Under the pieces are notes generated by a model. That model had not been told where the DNA came from. It saw nothing but the letters and a program-made list of their open reading frames with translations, and did not search any database. A program made the translations under genes and the position numbers. This document shows, one piece after another, positions 1 through 12,049 of a stretch of DNA of 64,000 bases; the stretch's first letter is position 1; the number at the start of each line of letters is the position of its first letter. The stretch lies in contig OY740792.1 in assembly GCA_963514005.1 (NCBI GenBank), forward strand, positions 16,926,001 through 16,990,000, read 5' to 3'. Source of the stretch: Raja brachyura. Its lineage: Eukaryota.

Positions 1-232
1 CCGATGTTAGACTAACTGGTCTGTAATTCCCCGCTTTCTCTCTCCCTCCTTTTTTAAAAAGTGGGGTTACATTAGCTACCCTCCAATCCTCAGGAACTAC
101 TCCAGAATCTAAGGAATTTTGAAAAATTATCACTAATGCATCCACTATTTCTGTGGCTACCTCCTTGAGTACTCTGGGATGCAGACTATCTGGCCCTGGG
201 GATTTATCGGCCTTCAATCCGTTCAATTTACC
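1..232 (-). mobile_element. CR1 LINE RT fragment (cut by the window edge), followed by a short CR1-type tail on + to about 295
   Basis: First ~58 nt essentially identical to 45829-45887; encodes GNYRPVSLTS-type CR1 motif on minus. Confidence 0.85.
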
Positions 233-769
233 ACATGTTGGCCAGTGTGGGCATGTTGGGTCGAAGGGCCTGTTTCCACACTGTATGACTATAACTGGGT
301 GTCCCGTCAACAAAAGAAACACAAACTGCCTTGCTACTTAGACACATTTTAACAAATAATTCAGGTGGAAGCCTGCTCCATTTCCTTTTATTCTCTTCCA
401 TTGACAAAACACTCACAAAGGTTTAATCACATGAAGCTTGGTTTACATGCTGATGGTACATTGAAGCAGCTCCTCACTGTTGGAAATACTCCATCTAGAC
501 AGTTAGATGGATTTCTGTTTGAGTACTGAAGATCCCCTGTCATCATTGACAAACAAGAAATCTTCCACAATAATGCAAACATCCATCTCTAAAAAAATAT
601 CACTTTAAAATAGGTTGGCTATTCATTCAACATACGTTTGTTGCTTAGATTTTGTTGCATAACCATAATGGTTTCAAATGTCTCAACAAGCAAAATGGTG
701 GGTAAACACAACCATTACATCAGTAATAAACTTTCAGCAGAACGTTATTAAATAACACACAGTTCTTAC

Positions 770-925
770 CAAATATGTTGTACCAGAATAGTCAGAACAA
801 ACAGAAATTCATTTATAAGCAGTAAAGGTAGAAACCTCCTAGTCATTTCTTTGTTTCCCAGGTTAGTGATCCACAAGGTATGGAGGAGTGATATTAAGTC
901 AGACATCAGTCTGTTTTCTAAAACC
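770..925 (-). CDS. URB1: URB1 exon (last in window): VLENRLMSDLISLLHTLWITNLG...INEFLFVLTILVQHI
   Basis: ISLLHTLW.TNLG motif; CAG/GTAAG; 156 nt. Confidence 0.92.
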
Positions 926-1159
926 CTGGGAAAATAAAATCCAAATCAGTTCCAATAATATCCAAAAGATAATTACTTACAGTGCAAACTTCACATATAA
1001 AATCAACATGTTTGATAAACAATTTATTAAAGTAATGTAAACCAATGAATGTAATGGCTAAATCTCACTACAAGGATAGCAAATCTCAGAAGTATATCAT
1101 GTGTAGTTCTCACACAGCTGTTTATAAGATCAAATGTTACATATTAGTATATAATTTAA

Positions 1160-1520
1160 TGAACCGTGTACCGAGGTACAATGAATAGCTTTTGTGCGTG
1201 CTAACCAGTCAGGAGAATGATTGCAATCGAGCCATCCAGAGCATAATAAAGGGAATAACATTTAGTGCAAGATAAATCCAGTAAAGTCCGATTAAAGGTA
1301 GTCCGAGGGTCTTCAGTAAGGTAGATAGTAGCTCTGGACTGCTCTCTAGTTGTTAACAGGATGATTCAGGAGCCTGATAACAGCTGGGGATAAACTGTCC
1401 CTGAATCTGGAGGTGTGCCTGTTCACACTTTTGTATCTCTTGCCTGATGGGAGAGGGGAGAAGATGAAGTGACTGGGGCAAGAGTCATCTTTGATTGTGC
1501 TGGGGTGGCCTTGTCGAGGC
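1160..1520 (-). mobile_element. Rex1/Babar-type LINE 3' fragment
   Basis: SPLPSGKRYKS...RFRDS...AVIRLLN C-terminus. Confidence 0.75.
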
Positions 1521-1707
1521 AGCGTGAAATGCAAATGGAACCAATGCAAATGGTGTATAAAAGTGAAACACAGACTTTCACAGAGCAATGTTTTAAAAAT
1601 AAATCAGTTCAATAATTTAAAGCCTGACAAATTATTTTTTGAATTTATTAAAATGCATAATTTCATAAGTTTGAGCTGTTTGCTGTTGCTATAGAGTGTG
1701 AGCATAC

Positions 1708-1817
1708 CTTCTCTGTAAGATGTGCAATGTCCAAGTCAGTAGGTTGTGGTCTCTGATCAGCTGATATGCTGCTTTTGGGATGTGTGCTGCACGTAATAAA
1801 ATCTGGATAATTTGATG
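1708..1817 (-). CDS. URB1: URB1 exon: HQIIQILLRAAHIPKAAYQLIRDHNLLTWTLHILQR
   Basis: AAG/GTATG; 110 nt; AY..IRD..LLTW.LHIL motif. Confidence 0.9.
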
Positions 1818-1950
1818 CTTTAAAAGAAAACAAAGAGACATTTAAACACAAAGCAAAATATAACAATTACTTCCTCATGTTGCAGTACACTGTGAAGTCA
1901 AATATTACCTATTTTAGCTATTATAGTTCCAAGAGAAAACAACATCTTAC

Positions 1951-2094
1951 CTCTGCTGTCTCATCGCACAATGGGCTGTTAAAAAAGCCTAAAAGGACAT
2001 GGATTATTTTCTGATGGTCGCAAAGCTCAAAGCAATGCTTGTCCTTTAAACTATTGATAAGGAGGTCGAGAATCCATTCACGTTCAATCTTATG
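1951..2094 (-). CDS. URB1: URB1 exon: HKIEREWILDLL...FFNSPLCDETAE
   Basis: CAG/GTAAG; 144 nt. Confidence 0.93.
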
Positions 2095-2389
2095 CTGTAA
2101 AATAACACAAATATGGGATGAAAGGTGAAATCTTGAAGCACTTTTCACTGTGGAGGTTTAGATATAGGAGGTCATTTAGATCGCTTTGCTGGCTCAACAG
2201 CTAGTACACCCCTATTGTATCAGACATTGAAAATGGAAACTTTTACTTTTTGATTTGGCCAGTATGTGTCATTCAAGGTTATAATCATTAATAATTATGC
2301 GTGGTTTCACGTATAATGGGAAATAAACTTGAAAGTCACTCTTTACAAATAGACTTTGCTAATAAATTTTAGTGGATGCATTTCCTATG

Positions 2390-2720
2390 TCAAGAGTGTT
2401 TAATTGTCATATGCACCAAAAACGGAACAATGATATTCTTTCTTGCAGCAGCATAACAGGTCGTTAAAAAACATGTCTTTAAACACGGCACTAATAGATA
2501 ACATAATAAACAAAAGAAAAGTTCAATAGATTAAAAATGGAGAAACCCATTATTAGCCAAACAAAAGCCGCAAATCCCAAGTGCAACCAGGACAACTCGC
2601 AGTTCATAGTTTAGTTGTTGTTTCAGCGGGTTCAAGACCCTGATGGTTGTTGGGAAGAATTTGTTCCTGAACCTGGAGGTCACAATTTTCAGCTGCCTAT
2701 ACCTTCTTAATGACAGGAGT
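2390..2720 (-). mobile_element. Degraded Rex1/Babar-type 3' fragment
   Basis: Similar 3' end (tccaggttcaggaac...ccaacaaccatcagg on minus). Confidence 0.55.
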
Positions 2721-2975
2721 GGAACATAGGATATACATGTAAGTTCAATCTCTTACTCTTCCAATAGACATTGCTAAATACATACATCCGGATGAATTAT
2801 TATACGGCATAAGAAGAACACCCTGGATTTATCTTTCTTTAAACATTGATTCTCATCTGGTTTAAAGGAATTGAATCTGAGATTTTCTATACATGTATGA
2901 CACATTGCCCTGCTACTTAATACATTTGCAGAAAGGTTTTGTTAATTTGTTTGCATGCTTATTCAGAAATTTTAC

Positions 2976-3082
2976 CTCCATATTAAAGCTGTAGAAAAGC
3001 TTAAAGAATCCAGGCACTTTCTTTAAGTCCAAATATTGATGTGTCAGAAGAAAATGATTAATCTTCATATACATGTGCTCCT
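2976..3082 (-). CDS. URB1: URB1 exon: EHMYMKINHFLLTHQYLDLKKVPGFFKLFYSFNME
   Basis: TAG/GTAAA; 107 nt. Confidence 0.94.
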
Positions 3083-5396
3083 CTATTGGGAAGTGAAAGA
3101 AAAAAAACACAATTTTATTTTCACAAGAAAAACCAATATTGAAAATAGAAAAGTTAACTTTCAAACTTAACACTTACTCCTGGATTTGATTTTTCATCTT
3201 TAATAGCGAATTAAGTTATCCTTAATCAATGATGATTTTTTTGTTGAACTTTATTCCAGTTTTAAAGACAGTCTCTCAGTATTTGAAATTGCTTTAAAGT
3301 GAATGTAATAAAATAATTTTTGAAACCTGAAGATACACGAGTATGAGATTCCTTACAAAATATTTAGAATAACATTGACATTTATGTTGCGGACCAATGT
3401 TCGCAGCAGACAATTAGTACAACTGTGTTTACACAGCGGTGATTACTCACAAAATGTAAATGGTTAACTGTATGGCGACAATGGAAAACAAGTAGAATTA
3501 GGCACATTATGTTTGAAGGATCACTTAAAAATGCTGACCCGGGCCAGACTCCCCACACGTTGTGGAAAGGAACTCTTTCCCCCCCCACCCCCCAGCGGCG
3601 CAGTCCTTTTACAGCCGCTTCCCATTTCACACAATTCCAGGGTCGAAGCATGGCAGGTTCCGCGGAGCAGTCACTACGAGAGTGGCATTGCTCGGCCAAC
3701 TCCACTCCAGCGGACGACCACCGTTCCTGCTGCCCCGGCGGAAAGCTGCTCCATCTTCCAGCCCTGGGGACCGGACCCGAGTCCTGGTACAGTGTTGCTA
3801 TCAGCAAAGTGTCTGCAAGGGTGACACTGGACCTCGTCACCCAGCCAGAGAATGTAAATCAAATGCCAGCAATGGGGGATAGACTTGGTTATCCCTCAGT
3901 ACAGCAACATCGTTCTACCAAGCCAGTAGTGAACAGACAACCCAAGCTCATATTTGTATTTTCAATTTTAGTTGAATGCAATATAATTGCTACATGAATA
4001 ACCATTGTGCAAACAAGGCACACATTATTGGTTTTCAAGCATTTATTTTTTACATTTGCAAAGCTTTTACAGTCTATGGGCATTGACTAATTGTCAGCCC
4101 CCAAACCTCTAATTTAGTGCATTTCCAAAATATTAAAATCAATTAAAAAATTATTTTATGGACTATATTTAATATGAATTATTCAAGACTACAAGTCTGA
4201 ATACAAATGAGTCAAAGGGCTTTTGCTGGGCCAAAGGGCCTGTTTTCCCACTGTATCTCTAATCTAAACTCAACTACACTAACAATGACACTTCTGAGCT
4301 ATTTCTACGGGATGCACATGTAGTTCTGGGAGAATTGATAACCAGAAGAGAGATTTAAGATATTTGCTAAGAGAACCAAGGAAGTGATGAGAATGGTTTA
4401 ACACTGCAGAATGTTATGGTTTAGATTCTATAAGTGAAGGCATGAAACTAAACATATAGATCTTTTAAAGGGCCAACCCATGAACAACTGGCTGAAAGGT
4501 CTCCTCTGCACCTTATCAGTCTTTTGGATCAGCAGGTCCCTGAAACGTATGTTACTTTTTATAGAATTTTGCAAGTTAAAACATTCAATTAACCCCAAAT
4601 TCACAATTTCAACATTTGGACAGATTTCAACCAAATACAATTAATAAAAAGGATCATGGAGAAATGGGAAATGAAGATACCCCAGTGAAATATTATAGAT
4701 TCCAACTCTATTGAAACTATTGGGAACGCCGTTTGTAGAAGGTGATCAATGAAGTTTGAATAGCATAGATGTGAGATTGTTAACTTAAATTTATACTTTT
4801 CATTACTATCAGGATCATGTCTTATACGAGATTAAAATAGAAAATGTTGTAGAACAATTGATATATAATCAGTTAAAGCACACTTGAAGGACAGCCTTCT
4901 CTTTAAGAACTTGCACAGATGGCAATTGAACAACTAATATTGAGAATTATACCACATAACATGTTACTGTTGAATTTTGACAATGGAAATATTTTGGGCA
5001 CAATCCATCAGCATTTTCATACATTGAGAGCCATGAATTTGTGGACATCTACACAAGCATACAATAGCAGCAACGTCCCAAATAGCCAAGCACCTTAGTG
5101 ATGTCACACTCAACTTAATAGGCACCCAGATATGACCGTATTTGACCTCTATTTCGGCTATGATCTGCATTTTAATGTGCAGAGACTGAGGTCAGAAGCA
5201 AACGTAGTTTGGCTCCAGGAGATCTTCACAACATCATTTATGTAAAGTACTATTTGGAGACCTTCCCTGAAAGTGGAAAATATTTTAGTTCTGCCTCAAT
5301 ATACACCAGTCCCATATCATTTACTGACTTGGGAGTGGGCATGTTATCACACACACTAATAAACAGCAGAAAATTGAAAGCTTTAGTTTCACAAAC

Positions 5397-5508
5397 CTGG
5401 TTTCAGCATCTGTTGTGCAACTTTAGCAATATAAAAGGCCAAGCAAAAGGTCAACCTGACATTAGGCTGTCGGATCCCATTCTTTACAACATCCAACAGA
5501 TACAGTAG
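5397..5508 (-). CDS. URB1: URB1 exon: LLYLLDVVKNGIRQPNVRLTFCLAFYIAKVAQQMLKP
   Basis: TAG/GTTTG; 112 nt; not in the ORF track. Confidence 0.93.
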
Positions 5509-6019
5509 CTAGACAGCAGAGAGAAAAGAGAAATCACCATCATTATAAATTTGCAGGACAATATTTGAAGGTTAGGCACTCAGCTTTGGCTGAATGCAAA
5601 ACCATAAGCCCAATTACAGAAATGCAGAGAAAATAATGAACAAGAACATGTAAGGAATCAGAGAGTCATGACTGATTATTAAATTAGAACCAGTTTAGTG
5701 ATAGTAACACAAAAAAGTTACTGTGTATAGAAAAGGTCGATATTGCAAAAAATTAATGAGGTAGCACTGTGACTCTTTAAACCATTGGTGAGACCACATT
5801 TCCTGTCGTGTTTCCGTCATAAACTATTTAGATATTAATATTGTACACAGTTCTGATTGTTAAGGTATGCAGAGAGATTAATACCTACTGAAAAGGTATG
5901 GAAGAAAATGAAAAAGTTGAAAAACTGGTAGGGAATTCCACTAGCATGAACAATTAAACAAACTGGCAATAGAAAACAGTTTGAAAGGTAATATATTTGT
6001 TTTTAGGGTTCTAAAGAGG

Positions 6020-6635
6020 ATTAGCCACGCCCCAAAGAAATCAATCACTTTTGTCAAAGCTGGAGAGAAGCCTTGACCACAACCAAAAACAAGGATGGGC
6101 CTCCTCTACACAGCCACTGACTGGCAGCTGCATGTCGATCTGGGCAAACAGCTGAAATTTCCACAGCACATCACAGCAACATTACTCCGGCCAGACATGA
6201 TCATCACCTCCGAGTGACAAAACAGCTGATCATTCTGGAGCTGAGTGCCCTGGGAAGAGCGTATAGAAGAGAGGAAACGCGCAAAGTACTAGGAACTGGT
6301 GGAGATGTGCCAGGACAGAGGCTGGAAAACATACTATGAGCCCATAGAGGTGGGCTGTAGAGGGTTTGCAGGACGCTCCCTCTGCAAAGTCCTCAACCAG
6401 TTAGGCATTGCGGGGCTGGCAAAGAAGAGGGCCATTCAATCCACAAGTGAAGCCGCAGTGAAGTGAAGTGGCTTTGGATTAAGAGGGCTGATCGGTGGGC
6501 GGTTGCTGCTGGGACGCAAGTCGGGGCTTGATCAACCTCGGCTGGGTCGCCTGGGCGAGGGTGTCTGATGTTGTGAGACCCGAAACACCCGATGACACCA
6601 GGTCACATCACTGAGGATGCATCCCAGCGCATCTA
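6020..6635 (+). mobile_element. HERO-clade (R2-like, restriction-like endonuclease) non-LTR retrotransposon 3' fragment
   Basis: Frameshifted translation DWQLHVDLGKQLKFP...RPDMII...LEL..PWEERIEE..RKRAKY...EPIEVGCRGFAG...WLWIKR. Confidence 0.8.
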
Positions 6636-6644
6636 GAAGATGGG

Positions 6645-6740
6645 GGGTTACACAAAAAGCTGGAGAAACTCAGCGGGTGCAGCAGCATCTAAGGAGCGAA
6701 GGAGATAGGCGACGTTTCGGGACGAGACCCTTCTTCAGAT
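6645..6740 (-). repeat. Short Penelope-derived terminal repeat with hammerhead-like core
   Basis: Same sequence as the end of the Penelope at 14966-15065; minus strand reads CTGAAGAAGGGTCTCGTCCCGAAACGTC. Confidence 0.7.
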
Positions 6741-8167
6741 GTATCTTTCACAACGGTAATGTAAACATGACAGCTATTTCACATTGTTCAGTGCAAAAGA
6801 AGCAACGTGTAGCTTTTGTGGCTACAAGGGTAAATATAAAACTAAGCTTGGGAGAGAATATTTCAAGGAACAAATATTCAATCTATGGAACAAATTCAAT
6901 TGTGGAAACAATTACAATTAATAAAGTTAAATGGAAATTAGGTTGTTTTGTTGCAGAAAAGGTAGTGAAGACATATTTGCTTGAAAGAAATTGCTGACTT
7001 TCAATCTTTTGTTCTAAAAACCTTTAATACTAGTATTTTCTTCCTGCTGTAAACTAATACATTATAAACTAATTAGGGGACTAATTAGTAAACTAAAAAG
7101 AGATTAATTCACATGATCAATCAACAACACCATCATTGTTGAAGCAAATGGCTCAATTTAATCCTTTTAATTTCCTTGGTTCTTATCTTTCACAATTAGT
7201 GCCAGCTTTAAATCCTATTCTGACTGATTTTCCAATTGGAGTATTTTTCCTCTTCATGGACTGGTGGTGAATGACATATTCAAATAAAAGTAGGAATTGA
7301 TTTAGAGACCCCAAAGCATAATAAGAAATACGATTCTCGAAAAGATGTCCTTTTTTGAGAACATCCCATGGTTTTAATAGTAGAGGTCATATATGCGCCA
7401 AGAATTGAATATGTTCGCTGACAGTAATGAATATTGGAAAATGTTCAATGCTTACAACTGACCACTGGATTGAGTGTTAGCATATTGCTAATGACATACC
7501 AGGTCATGGTAGCTTAGATCCTTCTGATTTTCCCATGGAAGTTTGCAATGTGGAAATATAAAGGCAGAGAGAGGAAAATATACAAATATATGGAAACATA
7601 GGAACTGCGGATGCTAGTTTACAAAAAAAGACCCAAAGTGCTGGAGTAACACAGATCAGGCAGATCTCTGGAGAGCATGGATAGGTGATGTTTTGGGTCT
7701 GGGCCCTTCTTTGAATGACCATAAACAGGCTGTATCTAACTCAGAGAAAATTTAAAGAAACTTTAGATTTACCTAGATTTAGCAACCTTCTATTTCAGAA
7801 AGAAGGCTCCTGTTAATCAGCAATGATTTTCCTAATTACAAATCTTGATCTCAACTTTGCAAAGATTTCTCATTTTATTAGAGATCCGTGAAGTGAGATT
7901 TTAAAGGATCGTTTGGTGTTTTTGATCCCTTAGCGCATGATTTACAGAAAGTGTCTACATTAGTTCATTTTGGGAATCAAAAATCCAAGAGAAGCATTCC
8001 TTTTTAAAAACTGAATAATGATGTTAACAGTTCATTCCTGGACCTAGAAGATAAGGTCGATAATGGGTTGAAATTTTAAGTCAGGAACAATTCAATGGAC
8101 TCAATACATTTATCTAGGAGATTTCCACTTGCTTGTAAAGATTTGTTGCAAATTATATTCTACTTAC

Positions 8168-8328
8168 TTGCCGTTTTTCTTTAAAATGAGCAGCCTCCAG
8201 ATGCATGTGGTAATTGCCCAGTATGTGATAAGCAGCAGCTCTTATTTTAGGATCATAGCTGCTAAGTGATGCCACAGTTAATCCAAAAGCATTAACGTCC
8301 ACAAATTTGTAGCAGTCGACCACACTCT
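8168..8328 (-). CDS. URB1: URB1 exon: SVVDCYKFVDVNAFGLTVASLSSYDPKIR...FKEKRQ
   Basis: TAG/GTAAG; 161 nt, after a 12.6-kb intron. Confidence 0.94.
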
Positions 8329-8529
8329 CTACAGAAATAAACATTATTGACATTTTAATTTAGCTGACCCCAGAGACTGTGAAGTATTCCACAGAGGCTC
8401 AAAAACAAAGAATTACTTTCAAACATAGTCACTATTATTCTCCAGAGAGGTGTTGTAATTTCAGTACAAAACTCCACAAAATGACTACCATACTAAAGAG
8501 TGATCAACTATTGGGTTTAAATTGGAGAA

Positions 8530-8950
8530 GACTGGGTCTGAGTAGGCTGGGTCTCTATTCCATGGAGCGCAGGAGGATGAGGGGAGATCCTATAGAGGTA
8601 TACAAAATCATGAAAGGGATAGATCGGGTCGAGTCTTTTGCCCTGAGTAGGGGAATCGAGGACCAGAGGACATCGGTTCAAGGTGAAGGGGAAAAGATTT
8701 AATAGGAATCTGAGGGGAAACTTTTCACACAAAGGGTGGTGGGTGTATGGAACAAGCTGCCAGATGAGGTAGTCGAGGCTGGGACTATCCCATCATTTCA
8801 GAAACAGTTAGACAGGTACATGGATAGGACAGGTTTGGAGGGTTATGAACCAAGCGCAGGCAAATGGGACTCATGTAGCTGGGACATTGTTGGCCAGTGT
8901 GGGCAAGTTGGGCCGAAGGGCCCGTTTCCACACTGTATTACTACGACTCT
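8530..8950 (+). mobile_element. CR1 LINE 3' end
   Basis: LGLYSMERRRMRGDPIEVYKIM...VWNKLP. Confidence 0.85.
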
Positions 8951-9624
8951 AAGACATTGGTAGGACTAATGGAAAACATGGAGTAAAACAATCAGAAAAA
9001 GTTGCAAACATTCACCATGTTAGGCATTTTCTGTGGAAAGCAAGTTATATTTTCAGGTTGAAGACACTTTGTCTAAACTTCAACCTAAAATCATCATCTG
9101 TTTCTGTTCCCTAGATGCTGCCTAACTTGCTGAGTGTTTCCAGCATTTCGTGTTTTTATTTTAGATTTCCAGCAACTGCAGTTTAAAAAAAAACTGATAG
9201 AGAATGTTCTTACTGTTCTTTAATACTGAGATAGCATTCATTGTGAAGGTTTTATCGGAACACCAGATACAACTCTAAAATGTGTTCTGATACACCATAA
9301 TAATCGTCCATTGTAAAATAGCTTCTGAGGCAGACCCATTTAAACTAAAACTCCACAGTTACAACTATTGATAATGCAATTTAAAGAGATCCATTTCAAA
9401 GTCAGGAAAATGATCACGGCACCCATGCTCTGATCTAATTTCACCACTGGACAAAACATTCAGTCAATGCTTGTTTTAAGTAATGTTATTGCTGGAATGT
9501 TATTAGTTTTTGCATGCAACTATCTTTCAGACATCTGCAGTTCCTTCCTACCTATATTTCTTCCTCTGATTTAACAGTTTACACATCTTCTAACCTTATC
9601 TCACCCCGTTTGTCTTTTCATAAG

Positions 9625-10110
9625 GGAATGAGTGCACATCCTTGTGGTGCCCGTGTGCTGATGGTCAGTGAGGAGGAAGCGCTGTTTGCAACTTGTAGGT
9701 TTGAGGTCTGCCAAAGATCGCCGAGTTTGACAATGAGTTTGGAATGGACGTTGGCAGGAACGCAGAGTTGTGATTGAGGAACAACAGCCTGCTGTACCCG
9801 TTCAAGTGTACTTACCTCCCGATTCCCACCTTTCTGCACCTACCTAAAAGACCACCATTAACAACACTGAAGAAGCTTACTAACGTACCGAACAAAGCTA
9901 CTTATATGGTTGGACCCCCTCTGCTGGTGCACCATGACTGTAGTATTCACCAGCAACAGGATCAACTAGATGCAGCAATTGTCAAGACTTCTATGACGTT
10001 TTTCAAAAGTGTGGTAACAGGTTTAGTGCTGTCAACATTAAATTCACCTTCAAGTAACATCATCCTTATTTGGAAAAATATAACTGATCCTGCATGCTGC
10101 ATGGACTACA
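9625..10110. mobile_element. Degraded Rex/Babar-like RT fragments, apparently inverted relative to each other
   Basis: Minus strand SKLIVKLGDL...SSSLTISTRAPQG; weak RT-like sequence on plus. Confidence 0.45.
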
Positions 10111-10136
10111 GCGCCAATGAGAATAGACTTTGGTGA

Positions 10137-10227
10137 TAGACACAAAAAACTGGAGTAACTCAGTGGGACAGGCAGCATCTCTGGAGGGAAGGAGTGGGTG
10201 ACATTTCGGGTCGAGACCCTTCTTCAG
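10137..10227 (-). repeat. Short Penelope-derived repeat with hammerhead-like core
   Basis: Flanked by agactttggtga / agacttgggtga near-duplication. Confidence 0.7.
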
Positions 10228-10416
10228 ACTTGGGTGAGTTTGGAGTGGATTTAGGTTTAAACAGTTCTTTGTTCAATTTTATTTTACTATTACATTTTCT
10301 CGAACTTTTGAATGTCATTTTTATTAGATATGAGCAAGTAGCCTTTTAATCTCTCATTAATTAGGCAACAAGCTGGAACAGATTAACTGAAGTTGTGGAA
10401 CCTGAAAATCTTCCGT

Positions 10417-11220
10417 TGGTGGCGCGGCGGTAGAGTTGCTGCATTACAGTGCCAGAGACTCAGGTTCGGTCCTGACCACAGGTGCTGTCTGTACAGAGTT
10501 TGTGCTTTCTCCCCGTGACCTGCGTGGGTCACCAGGGAGAGAGTACAGAGGAGATTTATTAGAATGTTGCCTGGGTTCCAGCAACTAAGTTACAGAGAAA
10601 GGTTGAACAAGCTAGGTCTTTATTCTTTGGAGCGCAGAAGGTTAATGGGGGACTTGATTGAGGTCTTTAAAATGATGAAAGGGATAGACAGAGTTGACGT
10701 GGATAAGCTTTTCCCATTGAGGGTAGGGAAGATTCAAACAAGAGGGCATGACATGAGAATTAAGGGACAGAAGTTTAGGGGTAACATGAGGGGGAACTTC
10801 TTTACTCAGAGAGTGGTGGCTGTGTGGAATGATCTTCCAGCAGAAGTGGTGGAGGCAGGATCGATTTTAACATTTAAAAGTAAAGTGGATAGGTATATGG
10901 ACGGGAAGGGAATGGAGGGGTATGGTCTAAGTGCAGGTAGATGGGACATGGGGAAAATAAATGGTCGGCACGGACTGGAAGGGCCGAGAAGGCCTGTTTC
11001 CGTGCTGTAATTGTTATATGGTTATATGGTTTTCTCCAGGTGCACCGGTTTCCTCCCACACTCCAAAGACATCCAGGTTTGCAGGTTAATTGGCTTTGGT
11101 AAAATTGTAAATTGTTCCTTGTGTGTGTAGGAAGGTGTTAGTGTGCTGGCTCGCAGGTCCGCGCAGACTCGGTGGGCCGAAGGGTCTGTTTCCGCTCTGT
11201 ATCTCTAAAATAAACTAAAC
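10417..11220 (+). mobile_element. tRNA-derived V-SINE (HE1-like), split by a CR1 insertion
   Basis: A-box tggcgcggcggtag, B-box-like ggttcggtcc; V core ctccccgtgacctgcgtggg resumes at ~11030 ttttctccaggtgc...ggtttcctcccacactccaaagac. Confidence 0.8.
10535..11028 (+). mobile_element. Young CR1 3' end nested in the V-SINE
   Basis: 148-aa open ORF (LGLYSLERRRL...FFTQRVVAVWNDLP); gttatatggttatatgg tail. Confidence 0.9.
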
Positions 11221-11719
11221 TTCTTTTAGCACAATATGCAGTGCCCATTTAGTGCAGCATCTGCAGAGTGTGGACTTTGATGAGTCAGAGCATTTGGTGA
11301 AGTAAGGACAGGAAGTAATCACTGCAGGATTTATAAATACCTCTTTATTTTTGGTTCAGTGAACTAATCAGGTATAATTGGGCTGGAGACATTGTGGTTT
11401 TCCCTTCTCCACGTAGGATATGAGAATAATCTTGTCCGAAGCATGAAAAATGATTGAAAAAGCTTCTGCAGATACATAAATAGTTATGGTATAGCAAAGG
11501 TTGATGTTGGTCCTTTACATTTACAAGACAGGAAGAATTGTATTCAGGAATAAGAAAATGATAGAGAAACTAATCAAATGTGTTGTGTACATTTACAGAA
11601 AAAACACAGAAGCCTCCCCAAAACAAATTTATTATGAATGAGCAGAGGAATTATTTATTAATTTAACAAATTAAGAAATTATTGAGGCCGAACATTGATA
11701 CATCATGTCATAGTTATAG

Positions 11720-12012
11720 TTCATGTCAAGTCTACTCCGCCATTCAATCATGACTGATCTATCTTTCCCTCTTAACCCCATTCTCCTGCCTTCTTCCTAT
11801 AACCCCTGACACAAATACTAATCACGAATCTATTAATCACCACCTTAAAATATCAAATGATTTGGCCTCCACAGCAGTCCCTAGCAATGAATTCCACAAA
11901 TTCACCACCTGCTGACTAAACAAATCCTCAACTTCTTTCCAAAGGTACATCCTTTTAGTCTGAGGCTATGGCCTCTGGTTCTAGACTCTCCCACCAGTAA
12001 AAACGTCCTCTC
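11720..12012 (-). mobile_element. CR1 3' end (degraded)
   Basis: cattcaatcatgactgatc...cctctggttctagactctccc. Confidence 0.7.
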
Positions 12013-12049
12013 ACAGCCCCATATCCCCAAACCTCATACTGAGTCTAGG

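Noticed and set aside
430-590. Open stretch after a TAG acceptor-like site as the next URB1 exon
   Set aside because: Joining to the phase-2 TG of the exon at 770 creates TGA, and the translation does not resemble URB1.
6559-6592. CTGATG...GAAAC in the HERO 3' UTR as a hammerhead
   Set aside because: Core is CTGATGT, not CTGANGA, there is no stem II, and only one enclosing helix is present.
10417-10480. tRNA gene
   Set aside because: A/B boxes run straight into a V-SINE core; these are SINE heads, not cloverleaf tRNAs.
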